A stretch of 64,000 bases of DNA from positions 768,001-832,000 of the forward strand of contig OZ241889.1 of the NCBI GenBank assembly GCA_965203355.1. Reading direction: 5' to 3'. Position 1 is the first letter of the stretch. Each line of letters begins with the position of its first letter. The position numbers and the translations under genes are program-made. The notes below the pieces were generated by a model that was given only the letters and a program-made list of their open reading frames with translations, did no database searches and had not been told where the DNA came from. Shown piece after piece: positions 1-8,895 of the stretch. The stretch comes from Candidatus Latescibacterota bacterium (GTDB taxonomy: Bacteria > Latescibacterota > UBA2968 > UBA8231).

Positions 1-2
1 AC

Positions 3-2000
3 GGAATCAAGGTCGCTATAGGCGGGGTTTCGGAGGACTTGAAACAACATCTGACAAGTCTGAACGATGGAAAGATCCAAACGACAGACATTGAAAGTCA
101 GACTCAAAAACAGCTACAACAAGTGGTATCGGAATTTTATTCGCTACACGAAGAACAGGTGCGCCGAGTAAAAGAGAATCATGCACGGTTGGACAAATTC
201 TCTATTGCCCTCTTTGGTCGAACAATGAGTGGTAAGTCGACGTTGATGGAGATCTTAACTAACGGCGACGGGTCGTCCATCGGCAAGGGCGGCCAGCGCA
301 CGACCCGAGACGTGCGTAGCTATGATTGGAAAGGACTCAAAATTATCGATGTGCCCGGTATAGCTGCATTTGAGGGCCGTGAGGACGAAGAAAAGGCATT
401 CGAGGCCGCCGCTCAATCGGACTTAGTGCTTTTTCTCATTACTGACGATGCTCCACAGAACGAAGAAGCAGAGTGCTTCGCACGTGTTCGGGCACTCGGG
501 AAACCGATTTTGGGTATCTGCAACGTTAAAGACGCTCTCAACAATGCGGACGATATGCACCTTTTTTTAAGAAGGAATTGGTTCAACCGCAGACGAAAGG
601 CTCTCGATGCTATCGTCCGGCAATTCCACGAATTCGCGGAGAAATATAGTCCAGGTAGCCGAATACAGTTCGTTTATACCCATTTGCAGTCAAAATTCCT
701 ATCTCAACAGCCCGATTATGAACCGCAGCAGAGCAAGTTGGAGGACGTGAGCCGCTTCAACAACGTCGAAAAGCAGATTATTTCGGAAGTGGTCGCCCGT
801 GGAACATTTCTACGTTGGAAGAGCTTCATTGATGGTGCTGTCGTTCCAATGCTTGAGTTTAGCGAAAAATTGCTGGACTTTAGTGCTCAGCACTCGTCCA
901 GTGGCAGAGTTCTCATAGACAAGCAACGTCAAGTCAAGTCGTGGTCTGATGGATTTCGCAAAAGTGGACAAGAACGCATTGATACATTTATTAAAAAAGA
1001 AATGAACGCGCTGTGTGCTAAAATTCCGGGATTCGCGGAAGATAACTACGAGGCCCATGATGCTGGCGACAGCTGGAAACTATTAGTCGAAAATCAAAGC
1101 ATAGAGTCAAAGGCAGAGGAACTTGTCGAGCAAATTCAGAGTGAATGTGAAGACGAACTGTCGGAAATCGCACGGCAACTAAAATCCGAACTGAATTTTG
1201 TCGATAAATTTGCTGGTGACCGCAGGATTAGCATGGATTCTATATTTGATGCAAAACGCGCTTGGAATTGGACGACCTGTATTATTTCTGGTGGACTTAG
1301 AATTGCTGCTTTTTTTTCCAGTGGTCCTCTTGGATGGGCTTCGGTGGCAATTATTATTACAGGAAAGGTCCTTTCTTGGTTCTTTGAAGACCGAGAAGAA
1401 AAGGCGAGGAAACAACGCAAAAAGCTCGAAAAAAGGCTTAAACGTGATGTCAGCAAGATAGAACTTAAACTACGAAAGGAACTTGACGCCCAATTCCATC
1501 TTCTCAAAAAGCAAGTTTATGTTAGCCTCCGGGGCTTTGATCCGATCATATCGAGCACTTTAGAACTGGCAGATAAACAGAGGGACTTGGCTTGGAGGAT
1601 CAACAAGCAGCAGAAAGAACTGCACCGTATTTTGCTTAATAGAGCACTTGATGAGTTTGGACGTAGAAGTAGTGATAATCTCATATTGGACGTAGCGCGA
1701 GTGCCTGGACTGGCAACTATGCTTTTGATAGAGCCTAAAACTACATTTTCAGAGGACGTGCGTAGGGGGCTGAAGAAGATTCTTGGAGAAAATGTTTGGT
1801 TCGTAGTCAATACTCGCAAGAGATCAATTCTATCGCAAGCCATTGGACGCGATTGTGATCCGAGTAAGGTTAGTATTGAATCAAGAATTCAAGTCGCACA
1901 TGTGCCGGTGGGACAACTCGACGCGGTTGGCATCTCTCGGGTCAAGTTAGCACAGCAGTTGACCGAATTACATGTGATGGAATCAACAGGAAGGAATTAA
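3..2000 (+). CDS. Dynamin-like/TRAFAC GTPase (LeoBC-like partner) with hydrophobic paddle and C-terminal NusA-like KH region; probably 5'-truncated by the window
   Basis: G1 GRTMSGKST, G2 RTT, G3 DVPG, G4 NVKD; coiled coils; hydrophobic segment WTTCIISGGLRIAAFFSSGPLGWASVAIII. The frame is open from base 3, so the TTG at 39 may not be the true start. Lower GC than the backbone. Confidence 0.8.
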   Translation, partial: GIKVAIGGVSEDLKQHLTSLNDGKIQTTDIESQTQKQLQQVVSEFYSLHEEQVRRVKENHARLDKFSIALFGRTMSGKSTLMEILTNGDGSSIGKGGQRTTRDVRSYDWKGLKIIDVPGIAAFEGREDEEKAFEAAAQSDLVLFLITDDAPQNEEAECFARVRALGKPILGICNVKDALNNADDMHLFLRRNWFNRRRKALDAIVRQFHEFAEKYSPGSRIQFVYTHLQSKFLSQQPDYEPQQSKLEDVSRFNNVEKQIISEVVARGTFLRWKSFIDGAVVPMLEFSEKLLDFSAQHSSSGRVLIDKQRQVKSWSDGFRKSGQERIDTFIKKEMNALCAKIPGFAEDNYEAHDAGDSWKLLVENQSIESKAEELVEQIQSECEDELSEIARQLKSELNFVDKFAGDRRISMDSIFDAKRAWNWTTCIISGGLRIAAFFSSGPLGWASVAIIITGKVLSWFFEDREEKARKQRKKLEKRLKRDVSKIELKLRKELDAQFHLLKKQVYVSLRGFDPIISSTLELADKQRDLAWRINKQQKELHRILLNRALDEFGRRSSDNLILDVARVPGLATMLLIEPKTTFSEDVRRGLKKILGENVWFVVNTRKRSILSQAIGRDCDPSKVSIESRIQVAHVPVGQLDAVGISRVKLAQQLTELHVMESTGRN

Positions 2001-2003
2001 CCA

Positions 2004-3734
2004 TTGAAAACGCTAGAACTTCAACAGTGGACAAAAAAAGGACAGACTCTGCTCAAAAATGCAGAAAGGGTTCTCAAAGATGCGCCTTTTGACAAGGTGC
2101 GAGATCTTGTACGAAGGATTCCGAGAGAAATAGCACCTGATGATGAATCTGTACAGGTAGTTTTTGCCGGTCAATACAGTGCTGGCAAGTCTTCGATTCT
2201 CAAGGTGATGACGGAAAGAGAAGACATAGCTATTGGGGCTGGTATCACGACTCAACAAGTGCAACAGCTCGACTGGAACGGTATCAAGGTAATAGATACG
2301 CCTGGTGTCCATACGGAGATACGCCCCGACCACGACGCAATAACGTACGAGGCGATCAGTAAAGCGGATCTTTTGGTCTTTGTCGTTACTAACGAGTTAT
2401 TTGACGCCCACATCGCAGAGCATTTCAGAAAACTCGCCATTGAACGGGAAAAAGCCCACGAAATGCTGTTGGTCGTCAACAAGATGCAGCGCCATGCCCA
2501 AGGAAATACAACAGCCGCTCAGGATGTGATACGGGAAGACCTCCGAAAAGTTCTCGTGCCGTTTACCCCGGAACAGCTTCGCCTGTCTTTTGTGGATGCT
2601 GAGGCTGCGCTTGAGGCTCGTGCAGAGCAGGACGAAGAGTTTAGCAGGATACTCCTTAAAAGAAGTGGCTTTGACGACTTCTTCAACAGTTTCAATACGT
2701 TCGTGAAAGAAAAGGGATTAGCTGCACGTTATACAACATCGCTCTATACGCTTGAACAGGTGCTACAAGAGGCCCTCGCAGCCGAATCGAGCGATGATGT
2801 CGGTGTAGATGCTTTACAAGAATTACTTATCCAGCAAAGACGTGTATTAGTGAATGGTAAGGCGCGGCTTTCACAGGCAGCGGAAAGCCAGATCCAACAG
2901 ACGATAAACAAAATTCAAGAGGAAGGACGCCAGGCTGCCAACCTAATTCGTGGAGATGCTGACACCGAGGCTGTTAATCAGAAACTAACGGTCGCCCAAG
3001 AGTACGTTGAAAAACAGGCGGATGAGCTGTCGGGTCTCATTCAAGATACGATGAAAGAGAATTTCGGCGATCTCGCTAAGCTGGTGGGGCAAATCGCGGA
3101 GAGCGAATTGGCCAAAGAGTTGCTGTCGAGGCTTAGAGAAAGAGTCCAGGATCTCGATATTGATCCAGAGATGTCGTCTAACATGAAACAAGTTGGAGAT
3201 GTAACCCGCCGACTTGGGGAGTTCCTCGTAGAAAAATCGTTTACCCCTACAACCTCGACCCTCTCCGGTCTGTTCAAACTTAACCAGTATTCGGGTACGG
3301 TAACTCATAGCACAGTTAAATCCATTGGTCACTTCTTTGGGAAATCTTTTAAGCCATGGGAGGCGGTAAAATGGACGCGTACAATCGCAAACGCTAGTCG
3401 GGTTTTGGCCGTAGCAGGGGCTGTTTTGAACATTGCGTTTCAATTCAAAGAAGACGCCGATGCTGCCAAGCGGGAGCAGGAATTGCGTGAAGGCCGAGTA
3501 GCTGTGCGTGCGGGATTTGATGAAGCTGCCCACGCAGTTGAACTCCATTACGATAAATTGACTGACACTTATGTAGATCAAACCATCGGCAAGCGCATTG
3601 CAGAGATAGATGAGGAACTTGAAGAACTCAGAAACATGCAGGAATCTCGCAGCGATCTCTTCCAAGAACTCAATGGTTTGTTAAAGGATACTAGGGGACT
3701 TATTTCGGAGATGCACTCAGCGCAACCGAGTTAA
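2004..3734 (+). CDS. LeoA/HP0731-family dynamin-like GTPase
   Basis: G1 GQYSAGKSS, G3 DTPG, G4 NKMQ; LeoA-type FKPW motif (GHFFGKSFKPWEAVK) followed by a hydrophobic helix; starts 3 nt after the upstream stop with an AGGAAGG RBS. Confidence 0.8.
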   Translation: MKTLELQQWTKKGQTLLKNAERVLKDAPFDKVRDLVRRIPREIAPDDESVQVVFAGQYSAGKSSILKVMTEREDIAIGAGITTQQVQQLDWNGIKVIDTPGVHTEIRPDHDAITYEAISKADLLVFVVTNELFDAHIAEHFRKLAIEREKAHEMLLVVNKMQRHAQGNTTAAQDVIREDLRKVLVPFTPEQLRLSFVDAEAALEARAEQDEEFSRILLKRSGFDDFFNSFNTFVKEKGLAARYTTSLYTLEQVLQEALAAESSDDVGVDALQELLIQQRRVLVNGKARLSQAAESQIQQTINKIQEEGRQAANLIRGDADTEAVNQKLTVAQEYVEKQADELSGLIQDTMKENFGDLAKLVGQIAESELAKELLSRLRERVQDLDIDPEMSSNMKQVGDVTRRLGEFLVEKSFTPTTSTLSGLFKLNQYSGTVTHSTVKSIGHFFGKSFKPWEAVKWTRTIANASRVLAVAGAVLNIAFQFKEDADAAKREQELREGRVAVRAGFDEAAHAVELHYDKLTDTYVDQTIGKRIAEIDEELEELRNMQESRSDLFQELNGLLKDTRGLISEMHSAQPS

Positions 3735-3801
3735 TACTGGGGTACAAGCTATCTATAAAAAGGCGTCGGTTGCACATAGACCCTGCGCCCATTGCCCTTT
3801 T

Positions 3802-3840
3802 TTAAATGAGAGGGATGTGCTCATCGACCAAAATTTTCAT
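3802..3840 (-). pseudogene. Truncated DUF5615/PIN-like toxin remnant (MKILVDEHIPLI*)
   Basis: ATG overlaps the DUF433 stop (ATGA); the 12 codons match the usual MKxLxDE(N/H)I start of DUF5615 toxins, then TAA. Confidence 0.7.
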
Positions 3841-4073
3841 CCCTCACCCGAGAGAACCTCAAGAGGGGCCATTTGCTCTTCAGCGAGTGAGGCTGCATAG
3901 TCGAAGCAAGCGAGGATATCTTCCCACGTTAGAGAAGGATATTCTCGAAGTAGGTCTTCGGTGGTATCTCCGTTGGCGAGCATCCGAAGGATTTGATGCA
4001 CGGGAAGGCGAGTCCCCTTAATGCAAGCCTGGCCGTGATACACTTGAGGATCAATAGTAATTCGGTTTTCCAT
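3837..4073 (-). CDS. DUF433 antitoxin-like protein
   Basis: RITIDPQVYHGQACIKGTRLPV...LLREYPSLTWEDILAC signature; GGAGG RBS. Confidence 0.92.
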   Translation of the reverse strand: MENRITIDPQVYHGQACIKGTRLPVHQILRMLANGDTTEDLLREYPSLTWEDILACFDYAASLAEEQMAPLEVLSGEG

Positions 4074-4097
4074 ACTCTCATTTTCCTCCGGTTATAA

Positions 4098-4880
4098 TCA
4101 TCGCCGCCATACGCTCGTCCGCAGCCCTTCGATACCTTCGGCCAAGGCGCGGCGATAGAGCCACAAGTCGCCGCCATACGCTATGCAGCGAAATCCTCGG
4201 CGCAGCATCTCAGTTCCTTCCTCAATGGTATTGACCAAGTAACCAGCGGCCTTGCCGTGGTGCTCACAGGCATCGACGACGCGGGCGAGGGCGGCGGTGA
4301 ATTCGGGATGGTCAAATTGCCCGGGAATCCCCAAGAAGTTGCTCAGGTCAAACCCCCCTATCCACAGCACATCAATCCCATCTACCGCGGCGATGCGATC
4401 GACGTTTTCGAGCCCGGGGCGATTTTCGATCTGAGCGACTAGCAGGCCCTCGGTGTTGGCGTGCTCTATTTTGCCGATAATGGAACCTTCGGCGAAGTGG
4501 TCGTGGGCAATTTGAAAGGCTGCGCCGCGCTGGCCAATGGGCGGATACTTGCCCGACTGCACGATGACCTCGGCCTGCTGCGCGTCGCTAACCATAGGCA
4601 CCATGATGCCTCGGGCCCCCACGTCGAGGACGCGGGCGATGAAATGGTACTGGGTGGCCGGCACCCGCACAAAAGGCTCGATGTGGTCGGAGTTGGTGGT
4701 GGCGATAAGGTCGCGCACCGTCTCGACGCTCCAGCCGGTGTGCTCCATGTCGTACATAATGAATTCAGCCCCAGCCTCGGCAGAGAGGCGAGCAATACCC
4801 GGAGTGCAAAACTCAAAGGTCATGGTGCCAATGACGGTGCCGCCCTCTTTGAGGGCGCGTTTGACTTTGTTGGGTTTCAT
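4098..4880 (-). CDS. HpcH/HpaI aldolase family protein
   Basis: YDMEH, RVLDVGARGIMVP, AQIE, GIDVLWIGGFDLS motifs; start reassigned to MKPNK, which overlaps the upstream stop. Confidence 0.9.
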   Translation of the reverse strand: MKPNKVKRALKEGGTVIGTMTFEFCTPGIARLSAEAGAEFIMYDMEHTGWSVETVRDLIATTNSDHIEPFVRVPATQYHFIARVLDVGARGIMVPMVSDAQQAEVIVQSGKYPPIGQRGAAFQIAHDHFAEGSIIGKIEHANTEGLLVAQIENRPGLENVDRIAAVDGIDVLWIGGFDLSNFLGIPGQFDHPEFTAALARVVDACEHHGKAAGYLVNTIEEGTEMLRRGFRCIAYGGDLWLYRRALAEGIEGLRTSVWRR

Positions 4881-5920
4881 CCGATAGCTCGATAGCGGTT
4901 CAGTTTTTCTTTTAGACGGGGGTGCTCGGCCGCTTGAGGATTGACGAGGTACTGGGGCAAGCGGCCAGAGGCCACTTCGACGAGACTGCGACAGGCACTG
5001 CGGCCATTGAGGCGGAAGCACTCGTCAGTCCAACATAGCCCGTGCGGGGCGACGATAGTCTGGTCGGTAAGTGCCAACACCGGCTCGTCTTGGGGCACAG
5101 GTTCTGTTTCAAAGACGTCGAGGGCGGCACCGGCGATCTGCCCTCGTTGGAGGGCGCGAGTGAGAGCCTGCTGATCGACGATGGTGCCACGGGCCGTGTT
5201 GATGAGATAGGTGCTTTGCTTCATCAGTGCAAGCTCGCGCTCGCCTATGAGGTGATGGGTTTCCTCGGTGAGCGTACAGCAGATGCAGACGTAGTCGGCA
5301 CTTTGCAGCAATTGGTCGAGCTCGACCAGTTCGGCACCAGCAGCGTATGCCTGTGCTGCATCGACAAAAGGGTCGGCGGCAATGCAGCGAATGTCGAAGG
5401 GCTTGGCCAAGGTGCAGATCTCGCGACCGATGTTGCCCAAACCGACTAGTCCCAGCGTGCGGCCGGTGACGCCCATGCCCATGTAATCGAGGCGCTCGTG
5501 CCAGCGGCCCTCGCGCACCAAGCGATCCTTGGCCAGCATTTTGTGGCTGAGGGCCAAGAGGTACGTCAGTGCCATGACCGCTACAGGTCGGCGCACGCCG
5601 TCGGGGGTGATCGTCAAGAGTACGCCCCGCTCGTTGCAAGCTGCCACATCAACGCTGTCGTAACCAACGCCGAAGCGGGCGACGATTGCCAGCTTGTCTG
5701 CTCCCTGCAAGGTCTCGGCACTAACTATCGAAGCGAGAACCAGTAGGCCATCGTAGCCGCCGATCTGGTCGGGGCGTAGTTCGGTGGTGTTTTCCGTTAG
5801 AAACTCCCACTCTACCCTTGGGGATTCGTCGAGCAAGCCGAGACCAATGTCGCCGAAGCCTAGGGTCCCGTCGTCCTTGAGAAAGTCGCGGGTGACGCCA
5901 ATGCGAAAAGTTGTAGTCAT
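4877..5920 (-). CDS. D-isomer-specific 2-hydroxyacid dehydrogenase
   Basis: GVGYD, GLGNIG, INTARG, LDVFETEP, APH motifs. Confidence 0.92.
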   Translation of the reverse strand: MTTTFRIGVTRDFLKDDGTLGFGDIGLGLLDESPRVEWEFLTENTTELRPDQIGGYDGLLVLASIVSAETLQGADKLAIVARFGVGYDSVDVAACNERGVLLTITPDGVRRPVAVMALTYLLALSHKMLAKDRLVREGRWHERLDYMGMGVTGRTLGLVGLGNIGREICTLAKPFDIRCIAADPFVDAAQAYAAGAELVELDQLLQSADYVCICCTLTEETHHLIGERELALMKQSTYLINTARGTIVDQQALTRALQRGQIAGAALDVFETEPVPQDEPVLALTDQTIVAPHGLCWTDECFRLNGRSACRSLVEVASGRLPQYLVNPQAAEHPRLKEKLNRYRAIG

Positions 5921-6118
5921 GGCGACAAACAAGATAGGGCCTGACGGGCAGCTATCAAGGGGAGAGGTGGCTGTATAGGATCGGGATCACATTGTCTGCG
6001 ATTAGATACAGAAAAGTGGCTGCACAACGGAAATCTCGCCTATAAAAAAAGGTGGTTCGCATTTTGCTTATCTGCTCCTGTGGCTTACTTTTCACCTTAA
6101 CCAAGGAGCAATACTGAG

Positions 6119-6772
6119 ATGGCCCCTGAAACATCTGAGATAACCACCCGCGACGTGTTGCAGCAGATCGACCGCCGCTTGGAACTGATTGAAAGCGACG
6201 TGCGAGTGGTCAGCGAGAAGTTGGATGTGTCGGTTCAGACGCTGAATGACAAGATTGACACGTCGGTTCAGACACTGCGCGATGAAGGTGCGTCGTCGGT
6301 TCAGACGCTGTGCGCTGAGAATGCGTCGTCGTATCGGAGTCTGCACGAGAAGTGGGATGCGTCGGTTCAGACGTTGCGCGATGAAAGTGCGTCGTCCTTT
6401 CAGACGTTGCGTGATGAGAATGCGTCGTCATATCGGAGTCTGAATGACAAGATTGACACGTCGGTTCAGACGCTTCGTGATGAAAGTGCGTCGTCCTTTC
6501 AGACGCTGAATGACAAGATTGACACGTCGGTTCAGACGCTGCGCGATGAAAGTGCGTCGTCCTTTCAGACGCTGCGTGCTGAGAATGCGGCGTCATATCG
6601 GAGTCTGAACGAGAAGTGGGATGCGTCAGAGCGCAATTTGAACAATAAGTACGACGCGATCGTGCGCGATTTCCACGACAAGCTAGGGACCTATTTCCGC
6701 TGGACCATCGGCATTGTGCTAGCTAGCTGGCTGTCCACTATGGGCGCGATCCTGTTCAAAGGTTCATTGTAG
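6119..6772 (+). CDS. Coiled-coil protein with 11-aa tandem repeats and C-terminal membrane anchor (DUF1640/CCDC90/Bdr-like architecture)
   Basis: AAGGAG RBS; 12 near-identical 11-mers; C-terminal FRWTIGIVLASWLSTMGAILF helix. Confidence 0.75.
   Translation: MAPETSEITTRDVLQQIDRRLELIESDVRVVSEKLDVSVQTLNDKIDTSVQTLRDEGASSVQTLCAENASSYRSLHEKWDASVQTLRDESASSFQTLRDENASSYRSLNDKIDTSVQTLRDESASSFQTLNDKIDTSVQTLRDESASSFQTLRAENAASYRSLNEKWDASERNLNNKYDAIVRDFHDKLGTYFRWTIGIVLASWLSTMGAILFKGSL
6230..6625 (+). repeat. Tandem array of 12 x 33-bp coding repeats
   Basis: Units such as TCGGTTCAGACGCTGAATGACAAGATTGACACG recur with 33-nt period. Confidence 0.95.
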
Positions 6773-6819
6773 CCTACTCTTACTCCCAACTACTGCGACT
6801 ACCTGCCATATCACCTCGC

Positions 6820-6960
6820 TAGTCGAACCGCGGGTCCTCGCGAGCATCGCCAATGCGCTCCAAAGCCGCGGCCGCATTGGCGCGGGCCTAGCGGTCCTCG
6901 TCGCCGACGTTTTCGCGCAGAGCAAGATCGGCATCGACGACGCACTCGACGCGGCGTTTT
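6820..6960 (-). pseudogene. HEAT-repeat gene fragment with internal stop
   Basis: Minus strand reads ...DLALRENVGDEDR*ARANAAAALERIGD, resembling PBS-lyase HEAT repeats. Confidence 0.45.
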
Positions 6961-7016
6961 AATTCTGCATAGAGGGCGGCACAAAAACTAGCTGCTTCCC
7001 GAACAAAGGAGGGATT

Positions 7017-8777
7017 GTGTCGGGTCTGGATTACGCACTGATGGCACTCTACATGCTCTTCTTGGTGGGGATGGGACTGTACTACAGGAGATTCGCCCAA
7101 GAGAGCATGGAAAACTACTTCTTGGGTGGGCGCAAAATGAAGGGATGGATGAGCGGCACCAGCTATGCGGTCACCTGCATGAACGCCGACGTGGCACCAG
7201 CGTACTGCGGCATGACAGTCATCACAGGGACCTTTATCTGCTGGTGGTATTTGAGCCGCTTCGGGCTGGCGCTGATGATCGGTGGGCTGCTCTTTGCCGC
7301 GTGCTGGCGGCGGTTGAAAATTTTTACCTCGCCGGAATTTTACGAGCTCCGCTTTGGCGGTGCGGCTGCGCCGACGATGCGTGCTTGGGTCTCGATGCGC
7401 AGTGCTTTTGTCGCAGTGGTAGCTTGGACCGGAGCCGGGCTTTTGGGGCTGACCAAAGTGTCCGAGGCGCTCTTGGGCTGGTCGCGCTTTGAGACCTTTT
7501 TGCTGGTTGTTCCGATCATCTTGGTCTATGTGGTGCTCTCCGGCTACATGGGCGTGGTGATGTCGGATTTGATCCAGACCGCGATCATGGTCGCATCCTC
7601 ACTGGTGCTGATGGGCTTGGTCTGGGACGATTTCGGCGGGCCGAAAGGACTCTATCAGGCACTGGTAACGCAGTTCGGGGAAGGGGTCGTTAGCTGGCAT
7701 CCGCCGATGAGTCACGAGCTTTTAGGGGTGGTGGGGATTATCGCGTGGACGATGGGAACCGCGATCGGCTATGGCGGCGACGTAGCCCCGATGGCTGGAG
7801 CGATGGAAGGCCAACGGCTGCTCTCGTGTCGCAACAGCCGCGAGGCAACGCGGATGTACGTCTGGACCGAGATCGTGCTCTTCCTAATGCTAGCCGTGCT
7901 GACCCTGCCGGCTCTCGGAGCGATGGTCAAATGGCCGGGCCTGCACGACGGCAGCATGGACAAGGAACTGGCCTACGGTCTCTTGTTGGGCCACTATCTG
8001 CCCTCGGGTCTGCTGGGGTTGGCGCTGGTGGCGATGTTCGCTTCCATCATGTCCACGGTAGATTCCAACATGAACTTCGGGGCCCAAGTCTTTATCAACG
8101 ACGTGTATCGGCGCTTTGTCAAACGCGGCGCGGCGATGAGCCACTACATGAGCGTTGGTCGGGTGGTGATGCTGGCGATCATGGGCCTCTCACTGGCTGT
8201 CGCGCTACAGGCCGAGAACGTCATCGATATCGCGGTCTTCATGCTTGGGCTTTCCTCAGCCGAACTGACGGCCAACTGGGGCCAGTGGTGGTGGTGGCGC
8301 TTTAACGGCAAGGCGCGACTGGCCGCCTCGTTCGGCGGGCCGGTGGTCTTTCTCTTAAACAAGTATGTGATTTTCGTCCATTTGATTGACGCGGGGCAAG
8401 ATGCGGCGTATGCGATAGTTCTCTCGTCAATTGTCGCGACGTGCTTGCTCTGGATTGCAGTGGCACTTTGTACCAAGCCAGAGCCAGAGGAGAAGCTCTT
8501 GGCCTTCTACAAAGAGGCGCGGCCGATGGGATGGTGGGGGCCGATCGCGGACAAGGCGGGCGTTGAGACCGGGGGCGGCGCACCGATCGCGCACGGCTTG
8601 GGTCTCGCCCTGCTTGGTGCAGTGGCTGTGGGAGGGGGCATTATCGGTTTTTCGGGGTTTTACGTTGGGCGTTGGACAGTGGCGTTGCTCGGGGGTTTGG
8701 TGGCATTGGTGCTGGGGGTCGCGTTGCGCGGAGCGTTCGCGAGATATATGCGCCGAGTGGGGGCGGACGAAGAGTAA
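7017..8777 (+). CDS. Sodium:solute symporter family transporter
   Basis: ENYFLGGR, EFYELRF, SDLIQ, ASIMSTVDS motifs; many TM helices; GGAGG RBS. Confidence 0.92.
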   Translation: MSGLDYALMALYMLFLVGMGLYYRRFAQESMENYFLGGRKMKGWMSGTSYAVTCMNADVAPAYCGMTVITGTFICWWYLSRFGLALMIGGLLFAACWRRLKIFTSPEFYELRFGGAAAPTMRAWVSMRSAFVAVVAWTGAGLLGLTKVSEALLGWSRFETFLLVVPIILVYVVLSGYMGVVMSDLIQTAIMVASSLVLMGLVWDDFGGPKGLYQALVTQFGEGVVSWHPPMSHELLGVVGIIAWTMGTAIGYGGDVAPMAGAMEGQRLLSCRNSREATRMYVWTEIVLFLMLAVLTLPALGAMVKWPGLHDGSMDKELAYGLLLGHYLPSGLLGLALVAMFASIMSTVDSNMNFGAQVFINDVYRRFVKRGAAMSHYMSVGRVVMLAIMGLSLAVALQAENVIDIAVFMLGLSSAELTANWGQWWWWRFNGKARLAASFGGPVVFLLNKYVIFVHLIDAGQDAAYAIVLSSIVATCLLWIAVALCTKPEPEEKLLAFYKEARPMGWWGPIADKAGVETGGGAPIAHGLGLALLGAVAVGGGIIGFSGFYVGRWTVALLGGLVALVLGVALRGAFARYMRRVGADEE

Positions 8778-8860
8778 CGATACAGTACTGCAATCGGATT
8801 GAAGCGAGCGCAGTAACTGGACAAGGGAGCGGACGAAGGATGACGATACAGTACTGCAAT
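8763..8860 (+). repeat. 32-bp imperfect direct repeat (8763-8794 and 8829-8860) duplicating the symporter 3' end
   Basis: GCGGACGAAGAGTAACGATACAGTACTGCAAT vs GCGGACGAAGGATGACGATACAGTACTGCAAT; 3 mismatches; 34-bp spacer. Confidence 0.85.
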
Positions 8861-8895
8861 TCCCACCCGGAACAAAGGCCGCGATGTCCACGTAG

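Noticed and set aside
6230-6625. CRISPR array or DGR template/variable repeats
   Set aside because: The units are contiguous, in frame and lack unique spacers; no reverse transcriptase is present and variation is not adenine-specific.
8763-8860. CRISPR mini-array (32-bp repeat, 34-bp spacer)
   Set aside because: Only two copies, the first overlaps a coding 3' end, and there are no cas genes or leader; better explained as a gene-end duplication.
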